A DNA stretch of 64,000 nt, from assembly GCA_036785375.1 (NCBI GenBank), contig JAWMAR010002012.1, positions 62,001-126,000 on the forward strand, in the 5' to 3' direction. Position numbers and translations under genes: made by a program. The notes beneath the pieces are model-generated. The model ran no database searches and was not told the origin of the DNA. It was given only the letters and a program-made list of their open reading frames with translations. Source of the DNA: Leucoraja ocellata (taxonomy: Eukaryota). Shown piece by piece: positions 1-15,100 of the stretch. Position 1 is the first letter of the stretch. Every line of letters starts with the position of its first letter.

Positions 1-148
1 ACTCCATGTATAGGGGATAGATAGCAGATTACGAGCGTAGTCCGGCGCAAACGCTAAAACTGTTTGCAGCACCATAATAGTACACCTTTTCCTCTCACGA
101 TCAATCACCATCTTCCACTTTCCTACATTTTAATAACATGCTCCTCAC

Positions 149-184
149 CTGTCGCTTGTAGTGCTATTTTCAGTTCTTTAATTT
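149..184 (-). CDS. 36-nt microexon [12 protein letters not shown]
   Basis: tgttcttccag|AAATTAAAG...GCGACAG|gtgagg. Confidence 0.85.
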
Positions 185-3100
185 CTGGAAGAACACATTT
201 GTAGCGTCAGGCGTCGTTCCCAAGCAATTCATTATCTGCATTAATATTACTGAAAAGAACAAGGTCAGGTCAGGTCGTGGAGAGTTCCCATCGCCATGGG
301 TACCATGTAATCCCGTGCTACCATGGTCGGATAATTGGCAATTAAGCCGTCTTCCCCACCTGGTTTGCCAGGTGAGAAGGGGGCTTTGGACGAGATGAGC
401 TCCTAACGAGCCAACGGTCAGCCAAACTTCAGTTGAAATTGCTTCCATTGTTGTACATAGCATTTAAGGCACCGTGCCAGTTGATGTTCTCAACGATGAT
501 GATGATGAGAACGACAGCATTTTGAAAGAGAAATTACGGTTATAAACCTAAAGATACCATAAACCAAATACAGTAGTATTGTATATTGCAGTTAATTTAA
601 GAATGGTGGAGTATGAAGTAGGATAATACTACGGTTGTTATGGGGGATTTGAACGTGCAGGTAGACTGGGGAAATCAGGTTGGTACTGGACCCCAAGAAA
701 GGGTGTTTATGGAGAGCGTCCGTGGTGGATTCATATGCCCCTGTCCCACTTAGGAAACCTGAACGGAAACCTCTAGAGACTTTGAGCCCCATCTAAGGTT
801 TCCGTGCGGTTCCCAGAGGTTCCTGGGGGGTTTTGCCAGTCTCCCTAATGGTCGAAAATGGTTTCCGCTTCTTCTATATTCCGGCGATTATTTAAAAAAT
901 TTAAAAACCGGCCACGACTAAAAATAGGTTGCAGTTTTAAAAATCGGTAATTTTTAAGTCGAAGCCGGTTGCGATGCTAGTTGAAGGTGGTTGCCGGAGG
1001 TTGTAGGTAGTGGAAGGTAAGACTTTAACAAGTCTTGGACAACATGGACAGCATCAAAATACTTGCTGTGTAGAGAGGCAGGAACTACAGCTTTGTGGCC
1101 CTGTACGATCATGCCATCTTGTATTACTAGTTCATCACGGATGGCAAAGAAGGGCCGAATTTGGAAGTGGTAGATTGTGTTGCTTGTCAGGCCATCTGCG
1201 CTTAATGACAGAGGAGAGCTATCGTAAGGTATCGTCAGCGGCAGTGTGAGCTACTAGGTCCTCCAAGCAGGACGAGAGAATAAATGAAATCGTTATCTGA
1301 TGTGGAGGAACCATCGCAGGTCGTTTGAGGAGCACGCGATAGGGTGTCAGCCAGGTGCATGTCGTTGCCACCTTTGTAGGCTAGAACAATGTCATACTTC
1401 TGAAGCTGCAGCAACATCCGTTGAAGGCGTCCTGGAAAGGCGTGTATTGGTTTGTTCAAGATGCTGATCAGGGGTTGATCGGTAGTTTCAATCATGAACA
1501 TTTCCCCTATGATCAAGCCATTAAACTTGTTACATACAAAACGACCGCTACCAGCTCCTTTTCAATTTGCCGTAGCGTTGTTCCGTGTCTGTCATGGTGC
1601 GCGAGGCATAGGCAACAGGCCCGTTGCCGTCACCTTAATCTTGGAGGCAAGCTGCTCCTAAACTGTACTGTGAGGCGTCACAAATCAGTGTGACCGGTAA
1701 TTTAGCATTAAAGTAGGCGAGAGTGGGCGCACAATTTTAAGAGAGCAAAAAATACCGATAATGCAAAAATCACGAGGGGTGAAAAGTTATATTGGCAAAG
1801 TGAATTCTTGTTTTACCACGACGAATGCTAAATCATAGTGGCGTAAATAACCGTGGACCATTTTAGGCAAAGCGGTATATGTTATTTTATTGCATAGATT
1901 TGCAGAAATAGGAAATCAAAACAGCGCTCGACCAAACTAGGCGATAATCTCACTGGATCTTTCGAAAATACTTTCAAATCGGACGAAATAACCATCAACC
2001 CAAAATGTTTTACACTTACCTTTATATTTATTGGAAAGGTCTTTGCCTGTACGAAATAATAAGTAGCGAGCTAAGTAAATAATTGATTAAGAAGAACACA
2101 ATGAAGAACACCACGCATATTTCGATCGCAAATTATAATCACTTTCCACAAATAAGTGTCCAGCAAATGGTCATATATTTATGGATCTACCTTACCATGA
2201 GTACAAACAAAAAACATACACCCAAAATTCGCACAAAACATACACCCAAAACCCGCATAAAACATACACCCATACACCCATCGTCGCGAGCCCTCACCGA
2301 TGCCTCCTGGATCGCCGCGTAAAACTCCGGCCGGGGCCTCACAGGTAGAAGCCCAGGTCGGACGAAGCGATCGACGGCACCCGCGACTGAGCTGCACGGA
2401 GGCCGTGAAGTGGGCTCGGCACCACGTTGGCGCCCGCAGACGCAGCTCCAGCCGAGTGCGCACTCCGCTCGTTCAGCTTTATATTCTCGCCGGGCGAGGT
2501 GGGCGCCGCCCGTGAGTGACCGCAGACCAGGCCAATCAGTGCGGTGATGGTGCAGGGAGGGTCTTCGCCGCCCCGGCGACTGACAGGAGAAGAGACAAAT
2601 CTACGTGACGGCGACAGACAGGAGACCAATCTGCGCATGCGCAATTTAAATAGTTTTAAACACGAATAACTTTTAAAATATACCATCGATCGGAACAAAA
2701 CGTATTGCCCTTGTAGCACAGGAGAATGGCGAGTAAGTCTGCAAAACATCGTAGCCCTCTATCCCTTACCGATCTTGCGCAAATAGAAAAAAACCGCAAA
2801 ACCGGAAGAGCACAAATCAGTTTTAGTATAAAAGANNNNNNNNNNNNNNNNNNNNNNNNNNNNNNNNNNNNNNNNNNNNNNNNNNNNNNNNNNNNNNNNN
2901 NNNNNNNNNNNNNNNNNNNNNNNNNNNNNNNNNNNNNNNNNNNNNNNNNNNNNNNNNNNNNNNNNNNNNNNNNNNNNNNNNNNNNNNNNNNNNNNNNNNN
3001 NNNNNNNNNNNNNNNNNNNNNNNNNNNNNNNNNNNNNNNNNNNNNNNNNNNNNNNNNNNNNNNNNNNNNNNNNNNNNNNNNNNNNNNNNNNNNNNNNNNN

Positions 3101-6100
3101 NNNNNNNNNNNNNNNNNNNNNNNNNNNNNNNNNNNNNNNNNNNNNNNNNNNNNNNNNNNNNNNNNNNNNNNNNNNNNNNNNNNNNNNNNNNNNNNNNNNN
3201 NNNNNNNNNNNNNNNNNNNNNNNNNNNNNNNNNNNNNNNNNNNNNNNNNNNNNNNNNNNNNNNNNNNNNNNNNNNNNNNNNNNNNNNNNNNNNNNNNNNG
3301 ATGGAGCCCGGTTGAACCTTTCTGGAAAAGGCAACCGTTCCGGCCTTCTTGATTACCATGATATCACCGTGGCTATTCTTGATAAATATATTACATGATA
3401 TTTAGCAGGCTTAGTGGCAAAGGTTCACTTTGTACACTGTTACTCCCAAATGAACACGGTGCCCCGTGTGGGTTGTTCAGAACACTCTTTCTGACTTCAC
3501 CTAAATTAAGTTAAGTAAAAATACAGTTTTATATGCTTTTCTGGGTAGCCCATTGTTTTAAGATAAAGATAACGATGCGCACACCTATTGGCGGATGCGC
3601 CAGGCAGCTGATATACGCTGTGCTGTTTTCATCTCATACTCTTGAATGAATGAACGAATGAATGAATACGTTTATTGGCCAAGTATGTATATATACAAGG
3701 AAATTGCCTTGGTGCTCCGCTCGCAAGTAACAAGTCTTCGTCCTACTGTTCAAAGCATTATTCAGCATTGCGGAGCAGTCTTGTACTAGATCGCCTCTTG
3801 CAATTGCATTACATTTCATGAAACATCAGCCGACGCGAAAACGTGATAACACGTCCAAAACCACTATGCTCTTCCCTCCCCGCCAATTGTCAGTCATATA
3901 TATTTGTTGCCTGTTTCGTGAAATACATCGCTGAATTATTTTACCTCCTCCATTCTGAACCATTTTTTCCTCTGTTAACACACAAGATAAATTATAAAGT
4001 GAAATACGATAAATTCCCCAGCAGAATATTGAGTACATTTGGGAGAATTTGAATCAATCATTTCCAATCAAAGTTTAAATGGCTGTAAAAGTTGTAGAAG
4101 ACTTTACAATTAATTTGGACACCGTTAGAATTTCTAGATTCGTTGTTACGAGTGCCCTGTACCTGCTCACTCCCGTGGGAACCCTGACTTGTCAGACATA
4201 TCCTGGTCTGTATTTTGCAAAGCCAAGATTAAAAAATATATATTTTTCTCTTTTCTCATGATCTAATTTTGACCATCTATGTTTACAGTTTACCCATATA
4301 ATCGTCCCATTTTAAACTCCCAGAGCCATCTGCTCTCGTCAAACTTCCCCGCAGCTAATTTTGTTCGGAAATTCAAAAGTCATTGGAGCTGACGTAGACC
4401 ACTCTGTCCATCAAATCTTCTCCGCCAGGGTCAAGTTTCTCCGTCAATTCAATAAGGATAGGAATTGCGCTGGAAGTAGTGCGGAAGTGGATCGGCACAG
4501 AAATACGCAACTTGTCTCCAGAGAAGACCTTTCCAGCCATCATGATGCACTCCATAATAATTCACTTGAAAGACCGAATGGAGTTATCACTTTTGCAGAA
4601 CGAAATGTAATACTTGTTTTTACACATCCGACAATCACGAATTGAACCTCTGTTGTATATATGATTGAAAGTACCGTGATGATTGAAAGTATTAGCATTT
4701 TTTTCTCCTGACCTGTTTCTTGCTGGGTTCTTGTCAACGCTACGATGTCTAAGTCTGAAAGAAGGTAGATTACGAATGAATTGAGAACATATGATGACAA
4801 TTTACGCCTAAGATTGCTTTCCTGTCTAATTAAAAAATGAAATGTACTTCAATTTCAATTACCCTATATATTCCAAATTCAACAAATGCTCCCAGATATA
4901 TTCTGGTGATGTCCAATAAATCTCGTCATCCAGAAGTATTACAGACGCACTGCTTCCGTATTTTGGCAGTCTCCACGTGTTTCTCCTGCGGGCGTATGTG
5001 GAACTCTTCCCTGCATTTCCTGGTACCCCATAACTCTTTCCAAGTGAATACCACCGTGAGTAAAATCCATCTCATCGTTATCTTGACTGTGCTTCCTTCC
5101 AGACTGCTTCACGTAAAGACATTAGTCAGTGCACAACGTTGCTCCAGCTCCACCATATATGACGTCTGAGATACGTTTTCCCCTAATTGTGGATCGCACA
5201 CCAGCGAAGTTGTTCGACTTTGAATACTGTGTTCTCTGCTCCAATCTACTATGGTCTCATCGAAAGGGAGGATATGGGGTTCTTGCCTTTACTAACCGAA
5301 TCAGCAGGGTTCATGCTCATCGAATTGTATCCACCAATTGCAATTTATGCTACTATCTGCAGCGGCATGCATGTGTCTGCTGCATCAAACGAGTGGTAGA
5401 CACAAAATGCTGGCGTATTTCAGCGGGACAGGCAGCATCTCTGGAGAGAAGGAATGGGTGACGTTTCGGGTCGAGACCTTTCTTCAGACTTTCATCAGAG
5501 GCCTCACCTTTGTTCCCCTCTGCCCACTTCAAAAAGTCCTCAGCAGAGGCCTCACCTTTGTTCTCCTCGTCCCCCACCAAAATGCGCCCCCATCAATCGA
5601 GTGAACGCATAAGCAAACATTTGCAACGAAGAATATTCGAAACGTTTCCCCATCAAAGTATCTTCATTATCGTGATGTTAGAACATTAGAATTCCTATAT
5701 AGGACGGTACGCGCTCGTTAGCAGGAAACAGCATGCATTTGATTAAAATCAAAATGGAAAGATGGACTGAGTCATGGGTGATGATTGCTGACATACAATT
5801 AGAAGGCATGGGGGACTAAAGGAAAAGGACAGTGAGGTTTTACTTTGAAGTTAAAGAATGAACGACATTAAATTCGGAGTGATTTTCCGGTTAGCCCACT
5901 CACAACCACAGTACAGGGATGTGTGATATTTAGTGTCTAATACGTATGGAAAAGTCATGACTAGCCCCAAAGAGAGTGACATACATATCTGATTGGACAC
6001 ATTTACGATTAGAGCAGTGTACGGCATTAACTGTAGATCTTAGATTAATATTAAACAGTCTGTAATATTATAGTCAATCTCATACAACATTTCATGTCAC

Positions 6101-9100
6101 ATTGTTTGCAGTATTTGTTTCATTCTCTTAATTGATGGTAATTTGTTGGATTCAAGAAGCTAGATAAAATAGTCCTGGCTGTTCTGCTCTGCGAATCTTG
6201 CCTGGCATTCACCCTACGTGGACGAGTTCAGGCCGAAACCGCAGGATATGTTTGTAAGAAAGATGACTATAAATGAAGTAAAGTGTTTATTTAGCCTTTA
6301 CGTTTTTTTTGGTTAAACATTTGAGTTATGAGACAGCACTGGAGAATGTTAGGGATCCTTGGTGGTTTATATGACATGGGGCGTAGGGCTGTCGTTTCGG
6401 CTCAATGGTACGTCATGGTGGGAATGGGTGAATCACCTGATTAATGACACCAGTTTCTCCATACAGGAAAGCTTCCTGTCGGTCTAACCGTTTAAACCCC
6501 CTTTTAATTTTAGTTTTCCCCTTGGGATTTTATGCATGTAATGTTTTGCCCAGCTTCTGAGTTTTCGTCAATAATGATATTTGACATTTGACGTTATTTC
6601 CGATTCTCCAGGTATGGTGCCCGTAGTACTGAAATAGCCCAGCGCATCGTTTTTATTTTACACACTCCGAGAATCCTATTTTCTTCATTTCACTATTGCA
6701 GAGTTTTCTCAATATTCTTTATTCTCAATAACCGCCCTTCATTTACATCTTCTCCAGATAGATTACGTGCTATTACAAATACATTATGACGCCTTTCCAG
6801 CAATTACCTAATCCTGTCATCCGCGTGCTCTTGTTAGCCATCCTATCTTTAAAATCACCTTTATCATCTTCACCCCTCTCAGTTCTCCGAATCTCAAAGG
6901 TACCTGTTTTCTGAACATTCCCAATTGTTCCCACCCTGTCTTTGAATTTACGTTGGCTCTTTCCACACCTCTCACTTCAACGAAACTCCTGAACCTTCTT
7001 GAGTATCATGGAAAGTCATCGACCTGAAATATTACATCGTTGCCTTTCTCCAAAGACACCGTCCGACCTGCTATGTGTTTACTGAATTTTATTTAATCTA
7101 TTCTTTTTATGTACGTGTTTCCAATAATTGCAAATAATTGTGTATGTAGAATATATTCACCCACGATAAATTTGAAGGGCGACGAAAGACGGAATCCATA
7201 ATCTAATTTTAAAAGGCTAAAACCATCGATTATAGTAAAACGATTCGCTATAGTTTTGGTATACCAATGGAGAATGATTCATTATACATTTTGTTTTAAA
7301 AATCTGCACATCACTCTCTTCGTGAAGGTCACAAAATGGTGAACAGTGTAATTTTTGTAATTATTATTTGCATAGATTTCCAGAATAATATTGTTCCCCC
7401 CGCTCCGCCAACTATTAAAGACATAGTTGTGGCGCGTGTTGTGAAATATCGCTGAAGTAATTTACCTTCTTCGTTCTGGTGCGCTCTGTCGTCTGTTATT
7501 ACACAGTATAAAAAGGTGTCAGGTGAAATACAATAGATTTCCCTGCAGAATATTGAGAACATTTGGGAGAGTTGTTACTGAATAATTTTCAATGTAAAGT
7601 TTAGAAGGATGTAAAAGTTGCTTGGCGACTCTTGGCGACTCTTGCTACGTGTTTGCACATAGTGTGAGCAGTCGGTTAAGACGTATGTTGCAACCCAATG
7701 AGTAATATGTGTTTATACACCGCAGCACGAGTACTTGCGCCATGATCATTTGAGAAAATAACTTTACTCTGTGTTCCGTTTTATTGTAGCCCTTCTGCTA
7801 TACAAATAAAGGTAACTTAATTACAGTTGTCTAATTTTATGTTTAAGTATTGTATCATTACATGGTCGTGAAGTACATGGCGAGACCCATTGATATAATA
7901 ACATGATGTCGCATAAGCAACAAATTCTGCAGCACCTGAGGATTAAGCACCCTCCACAATTGTTACTCCTGCATCAAAGACGACAATTGTTGAATCCCTC
8001 GCAGTTACGTTTGTAAATCAGAACACCTGACTTCTTCTTGAATATAGGCTGCGGCAGATCCAGGGACGAGGACAGCACAGAGCCGGTCCTGTGCGGCAGG
8101 GGAATTACTCCCGGATTGTTTGGAGTCGGTAGAGTGGCAATGTGCAAGGTCTGGGCAAAGGACATGAATGAATGCGCTATGCTTGTTACCGTCTTGCGGA
8201 AGTTGGAAATACGGTGTTTGTCTCCAGGGGATATATCCCCATCCATGTTCGGATGTATTCCATATAATTCACGAATGACCGAATGGAGCTGAAGCGATCA
8301 TTTTTTACGGAAAGTAAAGTAACATTTGTTTTTACTAATCCAACAACCACGAGAAGTGAACATTTCATTCTCCTGACCTGTGTCTTGCTGCTTTCTTTCC
8401 ATCGTTGTGATATCTAAAATAGAAAGGCGCGTGGATTAGGAATGCATTGGGAACATATGACGACCATTTATGACGTAGATTGTTTTTTCCCCAAAATTAA
8501 CCAATGCAATGTAGTTCAATTTCAAATACCCGTATATATTCCACACCAAACAAAATGTTGCTTGTTTTATTCTGGGGATATCTAATAAAACACATCATCA
8601 TGAAATTTTACATATGCACTGCTTCTGTATGTTGGCTGTGTCCACATATTGTTCATGGGGGCGTGTCTGGGTGACTTCTCGGTATTTTCTGCCCCCTCCT
8701 AATTCTGTCTAAATGAACACAGTTGTGTGCAAAAACAATCTCATCGATATCTTGTTTACGCTCCCTTCACCTCTGATTCGCGTATTGACACGCGCCATTG
8801 GTCATAGTTGCTCCACTCCATCTTATATAACATCAAATGAACCTTTTGCCCATAACCGTGGATCCTACTCCAGCACAATTCTTTGATTTTGAATCACGTT
8901 TCATTTACTATACGCACCTCTGATTTCCTCTACTGTGCTCTCATCTAGAGGAATTGTTTGGGTTTTCTTGTCCTCACTATCTGTAACTGAAGCTTCCATT
9001 GTCTCCGAATTATATGTAGCAACTAAATGCCACTATCTGGATGGCGTGCGTGAGTCTGAATCCATCACACCAGTGAACGTGAAAGGAAATGTTTACAATG

Positions 9101-12100
9101 CATGATATCAGAAATGATTACCCATCAAAGTTTCTATATTGTGGTGATGTTAAAACATCACATTTCATTCATAGGGCGGTCAGTGCTCGTTACCAGGAAC
9201 GGTACTAAAGCATTTAAAATTCAAATGGGAAGGTTGGATTGATCAAATCATGGGTATGATTGCTGATTTAAACAATTGAAATGCATGGGAAAAGGCCAGG
9301 TAGGTCTTCCTTTGTAGTTGAAGAGCGAACTGCATGACATTTTGAGTGACACACTGAATTCAGGGATGTGTAATATTTAGTGTCTAATACGCATGGGAAA
9401 GTCATGTCTATTCACAAACGTATCTGATTAGATACGATTACGATAGGAGCAGTGTACGACATTAAATGTAGATCTTAGATTAATATAAAACAGTCTGTAA
9501 TATTGTAGTCAATCTCATACAACATTTCATGTCACATTGTTTGTAGTATTTGTTTGTTTCCCTTAATTGATGGTTATTTGCTAGATTCAATAAGCCTGAT
9601 AAAATAGTCCTGGCTCCGCGAGGCCGAAACCGCAGGATATGTTTGTAAGAAAAGTGACTATAAATGAAATAAATAGTTTATTTAGCCATTACGTTTTTGT
9701 TGGTTATTATCCATTTTGCTTTAAAATACTACAAATCACTCTCTTCACGAGGGTCACAAAATGATGAGCAGAATCATTTCTGTGATTATTATTGAGTATA
9801 ATTTATATAGATTTCCAGAATGATGTTGCTGTTCTTCCTCCACCAACTGTCAGATAAATAGTTGTTGCGCGTGTTGTAAAATACATCGCTGAAGTGATCT
9901 ACCTGCGTCATGCTGAAGTATTGGTTCGTCTGTTAATACACAAGGTAACAATGTTCCACGTGAAATACAATAGATCCTCATACAGAATATTGCGTACATT
10001 TGGGAAAATGTTTACTCCATCATTTTCTATGTAATGTTTAAAAGGATGTAAATGTTACTTGGCAACTCTTGTCAGCGTGTGGCATGCTACGTATTAGAAC
10101 ATGTCTTGCGTAGTCGGTCACGACATATATTGCAAACCCCCCTCCCACACAGTCCCCTCCCTTACACACACTTCTCTCCCCCACGCACCCATCCCACACC
10201 CTCACACCCACATCCCCTCCCGCATACGCTCTCCCGCACAAACCCCTCCACCACCATCCCTTCTCCACACCTCCCTTCACCCAACCCATTCCACCAACCC
10301 TTTTCCTCACATCCCCATCCCCCACCCCCCCTCCCCACCCCCCTCCCCACACCCCATCCATCACACACCCCTCCCTCACTGATCCCCCTTCCCCACACAC
10401 CCCATCCCCACACCATCTCTCCCACACCCCCCTCCCCACACACACCCCTACCCCCCTCCGCCAACATCTCTCCCCCACCCCCACACCACGCCATCCCCCA
10501 CACCACGCCTTATTCACTTGAATGACCGAATGGAGCCGAAGCGATGACATTAGCAGTTCTTTATCCTGACCTGTTTCTTGCAGCTTTCTTTTCAACATTG
10601 TGATTTCTAAAATGGAAAGACGTGTGGATTAGGAATGAATTTGGAACATATGATGACAACTCGTGCCTTAGATTGATTTCCTACCGAATTAAACAACGAA
10701 GTGCAGTTCAATTTCAATTAGCGGTATATATACCACACCCAAAAAATGCTCCCAGATTTATTCTGGGGATATCTATTTAAGCTGATAAAGACGTATTGCA
10801 GATTCACTGCTTCTGTATGTTGGCAGTTTCCATGTGTTTCTCACGGGGGCGTATCTGGAACTTGTCAGCATTTCCTGGCACCTCCAAACTCTATCTAAGT
10901 GAACACAATGTTAAGCAAAATCCACGTCATCGTTATCTTGTTTATACCCCCTTCTACTCTGCTTCACATAATTACACGAGCTAATGCACATAGGTACTCC
11001 AACTACACCATAGATAACAGCTGAGTTGTTTTTTTCTCCGAACTCTGGATCTTACTCCAACAAAGTTCTTCGATTGTGAACAACGTGTACTTTATCATCT
11101 ACACCTCTGCTTTCCTCCAGTGTGCTCTAATTTAGAAGATTTGTATGTGGTTCTCATTCTAGCTATCCGCTTCAACAGCTTCCTTAGTCACCGAATTATT
11201 TCCAGCCATTGCAACTGGATGCTTCCATCTGGCCGGTGTGTGTGAGTGAATCCATCAAACGGGCGAACGTGTAAGTGAACGTTTGCTATGCTGAATATTG
11301 GAAATGATTTCCCATCAAAGCATCTTTATTGTGGTGATATTAGAACATTAGAATTCCTATATTGGAAGGTTCGTGCTCTTCACCAGGAACATAATTAATG
11401 TGGTTAAAATTCAAAAGGGATGGTTGGATTGACTGGATCGTCATGGGTATGATTGCTGACTGATACAATTCCAAGACCAGAGACATTCCTTTGACGTTGT
11501 AGACAGGATGCATTCCATTCTGAGTGAGTTCCCGGTTGGTTCACCCACAACCACACGGAGTTCAGCGATGTGTAACATTTAGTGTCTCATTCGCTTGGGA
11601 AAGATGTGACTATCTACATAAAAACTGACATACGTATCTGAGTAGAAACAATTACAATTAGTGCAGTGTACGGCACTAAATTTAGAGCTTACATGAATAT
11701 AAAACACTGCAGTACTTTAGTCAATCTCATACAACATATCATGTCACATGTTTTGTAGGATATGGTTGACAGAAAGGTGAATACAAACGAAGTAAATCAG
11801 CTATTCAGGCTTTATGTCTTTTTGGATAAACTTTCGAATTCTGATTCGCAGGCGAGAGAAAGTTAGGGATCCTTGGTGGCATCTATGACAAGGAGCGTAG
11901 AACTCGATTCGGTTGGATAGTATTTCATGATGTGAAAATGTGAATAACACGACCAATTTAATCAGCCTATCCTTACAGGAAAGCGCGCTGTCAATCTAAT
12001 CATTTAAACCTCTCTTTATTTCAGTTTTTCCCGTCGCATGTTCTGCATCCTTCTGAATTTTCTGCAATATTTGACATAAGGTCATCGACATGTGACATTA

Positions 12101-15100
12101 CTTCAGTTTCTCCAGTCATGGTGCCCGGCGTACTGAAATAGCCCTGCATTTCACTAATGCACAAGTTTGTTTGTTCCTTGTGCTGAGTAACCACCCTTCA
12201 TTTACTCCTATTCCATTTAGATGACGTGCCACTACCAATACACTATGACGCTCCTTTAGCAATCACCTATTCTTGTCGTCTGTGTGCTCTTGTTAGCCAT
12301 CATGTCTTTGAAATTACCTTTGTCATCCTCACCCTTTCACTTCTATTGATCTCAAAGATGCCCGTTTCGTGAACATTCCCAGTTCCCGTAGCAAGTCGTC
12401 GACCTGAAATATTACTTATTTGTCTTTCTCCAGAGACGCTATCTGACCTGCACAAATTTACCAGAATGTTCTTTAATCTGTTCTTTTTACTGAAGTGTGC
12501 CCATTAATTGCAAATATATGGCTACGTAGAATATATTCACCGCGATACGTGTGAAGGGTGACGAAAGACGGAATCCATAATCTTACTTTAAAAGGCGAAA
12601 AACACAGATTATAGTAAAATTATCCATCATGTATTTGGTATACAAATGGAGAATGAATCTTTAAACACTTTGCTTCAAAATCCTACAGAATAGAATAATT
12701 TCTGTGATTATTATTTGTATACATTTTCAGAATAATTTTGGTCTTCATCCTCCACCGACTGTCAGAGAAATAGTTGTTTCACGTGTGGTGAAGTATTTAG
12801 CTGAAACAATTTACCTGCTTCTTTCTGACGTGTGGTTTCGTCTGTTAATGCACAAGATAGCATAGTGTCAGCTGAAATGCAATAGATTATCCCGTAGAAT
12901 ATTGAGTACATTGGGCGAATGTTTACTCAAGCATTTTCAATGTAAAGTACAAGATGTAAATGTAAAATATGTAAAGTATGTAAAAGATGTAAATGTTGCT
13001 TAGCAACTATTGTCAGCGTGTGCCATGCAACGTGTTGGCACACAGCGCGATCACGACAAATGTAGCAAACAGATGTGTAACATGTGGTAATACACTGGCG
13101 CCAAAATACTTGCGCCACGATCACGTGAGAACATGATTTTACTCTGCAACCAGTTTTAATGTCTTCTACAATTTAATATTGGACCTGTCATTGGTGATTT
13201 AATCAAATGTATTAAATGTTATCAGTATTGTACCATTATACATTGATACACGGATTTTATCATCACATCGTTGTGAGGTAGACGGGGACACCCATTAATG
13301 TAACAACAGGACATGGCATATGTAACAAATTCTGTAGCAACTGTGGAATTGGGGATGTGGATTAATGGGCAAATAACTAATTGGGTATTAGAATGGGGAT
13401 GTCCAAGGACTTGACAGATGACCCGAATGAATACGTCAAGGTTATTACCGACTGGGTAAGGAATTACGCTGGATAAATTGCGGAAGTTGCAAGACGCAAA
13501 AATATGGAGTTTGACTCCAGAGAATATCTCCCAACCCATAACTCCGGTATATTCCATACTACTTCACTTGAATAACCGAATGGAGCTGAAGCGATCACTT
13601 ATGCAGAACGAAAAGCAATACTTGTTTTAACATATCCAACAACCACGTAGACGTGAACTTCTGTTGTACATATACGTTGATGACTGAAAGTATTAGTTAT
13701 TCCTTCTCCTGACCTGTTTCTTGCAGCTTTCTTTTCAACGTCCTGATTTCTAAAATGGAAAGACGCGTGGATTATGAATGGATTTGAAACATATAATGAC
13801 CACTCAGGTCTTAGGTTGTTTTCCTGTCTAATGAAACAATGAAATGAAGTTCAATTTCAATTACCCGTGCATATTTCACACCAACAAAATGCTCCCTGTT
13901 TTATTCTGCGGATATCTAATAAAACTCATCATCAAGGGGTGTTGAAGATGCACTGCATCTATATTCTGAAAGTTTCCAAGTGATGACAACGTTCAGCAAA
14001 ATGCATGTCATCGTTATTTTGTTTATGCTGTCTTTTACTCTGTATCACGTAATTACACGAGCAAATGCACACACTGTAGTTGCTCCAGCTCCATCATAGA
14101 TAACATCTGAGATCATTTTTCCCCTAACCGTGGATCATACTCCAGCAAAGTTCTTCACTTTTGAATAACGTGTCCTTTATCATACGCACCTCTGCTTTCG
14201 TCTACTGTGCTCTCATCCAGAGGATTTATATGGGGTTTCTTGTCCTCGCTATCCGTATCAACAGCTTCCATTGTCACCGAATTATATCCAGCGATTGCAA
14301 CTGGATGCCCCTATCTGGCCGGCGTGCGTGAGTCTGAATCAATCAAACGAGTGAATGCATAAGGAAACTTTTACTATGCTAAATATTTTGGCAGTTCAGG
14401 CATGTTCAGACTCGGTTTAGCATTGTGTTGACGTTAGAACACCAGAATTCCTATAAGTCCGTGCTCGTTACCAGGAAACAGTATGAACGTGGTTAAATTT
14501 CAAAAGGGAAGATTGGATCGACCATGTAAATGATTACTGAATTATACAATTAGACGGGAGTGGAGACCAATGGAAAAGACCAGGGAACTGGTTCTTTTGA
14601 AGTTGCGACAGAACTGCATTTGTATGTAATATGTAGTGTCTAACTCCCACGAGAACGACGTGACGATCTGCATATAGACAGACATACGTATCTGGGTAGA
14701 TATCATTAATGAGTTAGAACAGGGTACAGCACTCAATTTGGAGTTTACGTTAATATAAAATCGTCTGTCGTTTTGCAGTCAATCTCATACAACATATCGT
14801 GTCACATAGTTTGTATTATTTGGTTTAATCATTTAATTGATGGTCCTTGGGCAGTTTTAATAAGCGAGATTAAAATAAAAACCTTATTGTTTAGCCCCGA
14901 AAATATTGCCTCGCAGTTACCCTACGTGGACGGGTTCATGCGGAAACGTGAGGGTATACAGTATATGAAAGAAAGGTGACTGCAAATCAAGTACAACTGA
15001 TATTCAGTCTTTTCATTTTTTTGGTCAAAACTTTCAAGTTATGATACAGGAGTAGTCAATGATAGGGATCATTGCTGGCATTGGTGGCTAGCGTTTCGGC

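Noticed and set aside
170-557. Possible terminal exon (tatctttag|GT TTA TAA) and ORF 170-463
   Set aside because: A well-formed 36-nt exon lies further downstream (149-184), so the gene continues. The ORF has no recognisable homology.
2726-3359. Long ORFs spanning N runs (also 50935-51646)
   Set aside because: Artefacts of assembly gaps.
10038-10598. Gly/Pro/His-rich ORFs
   Set aside because: Translation of a low-complexity C-rich tract.
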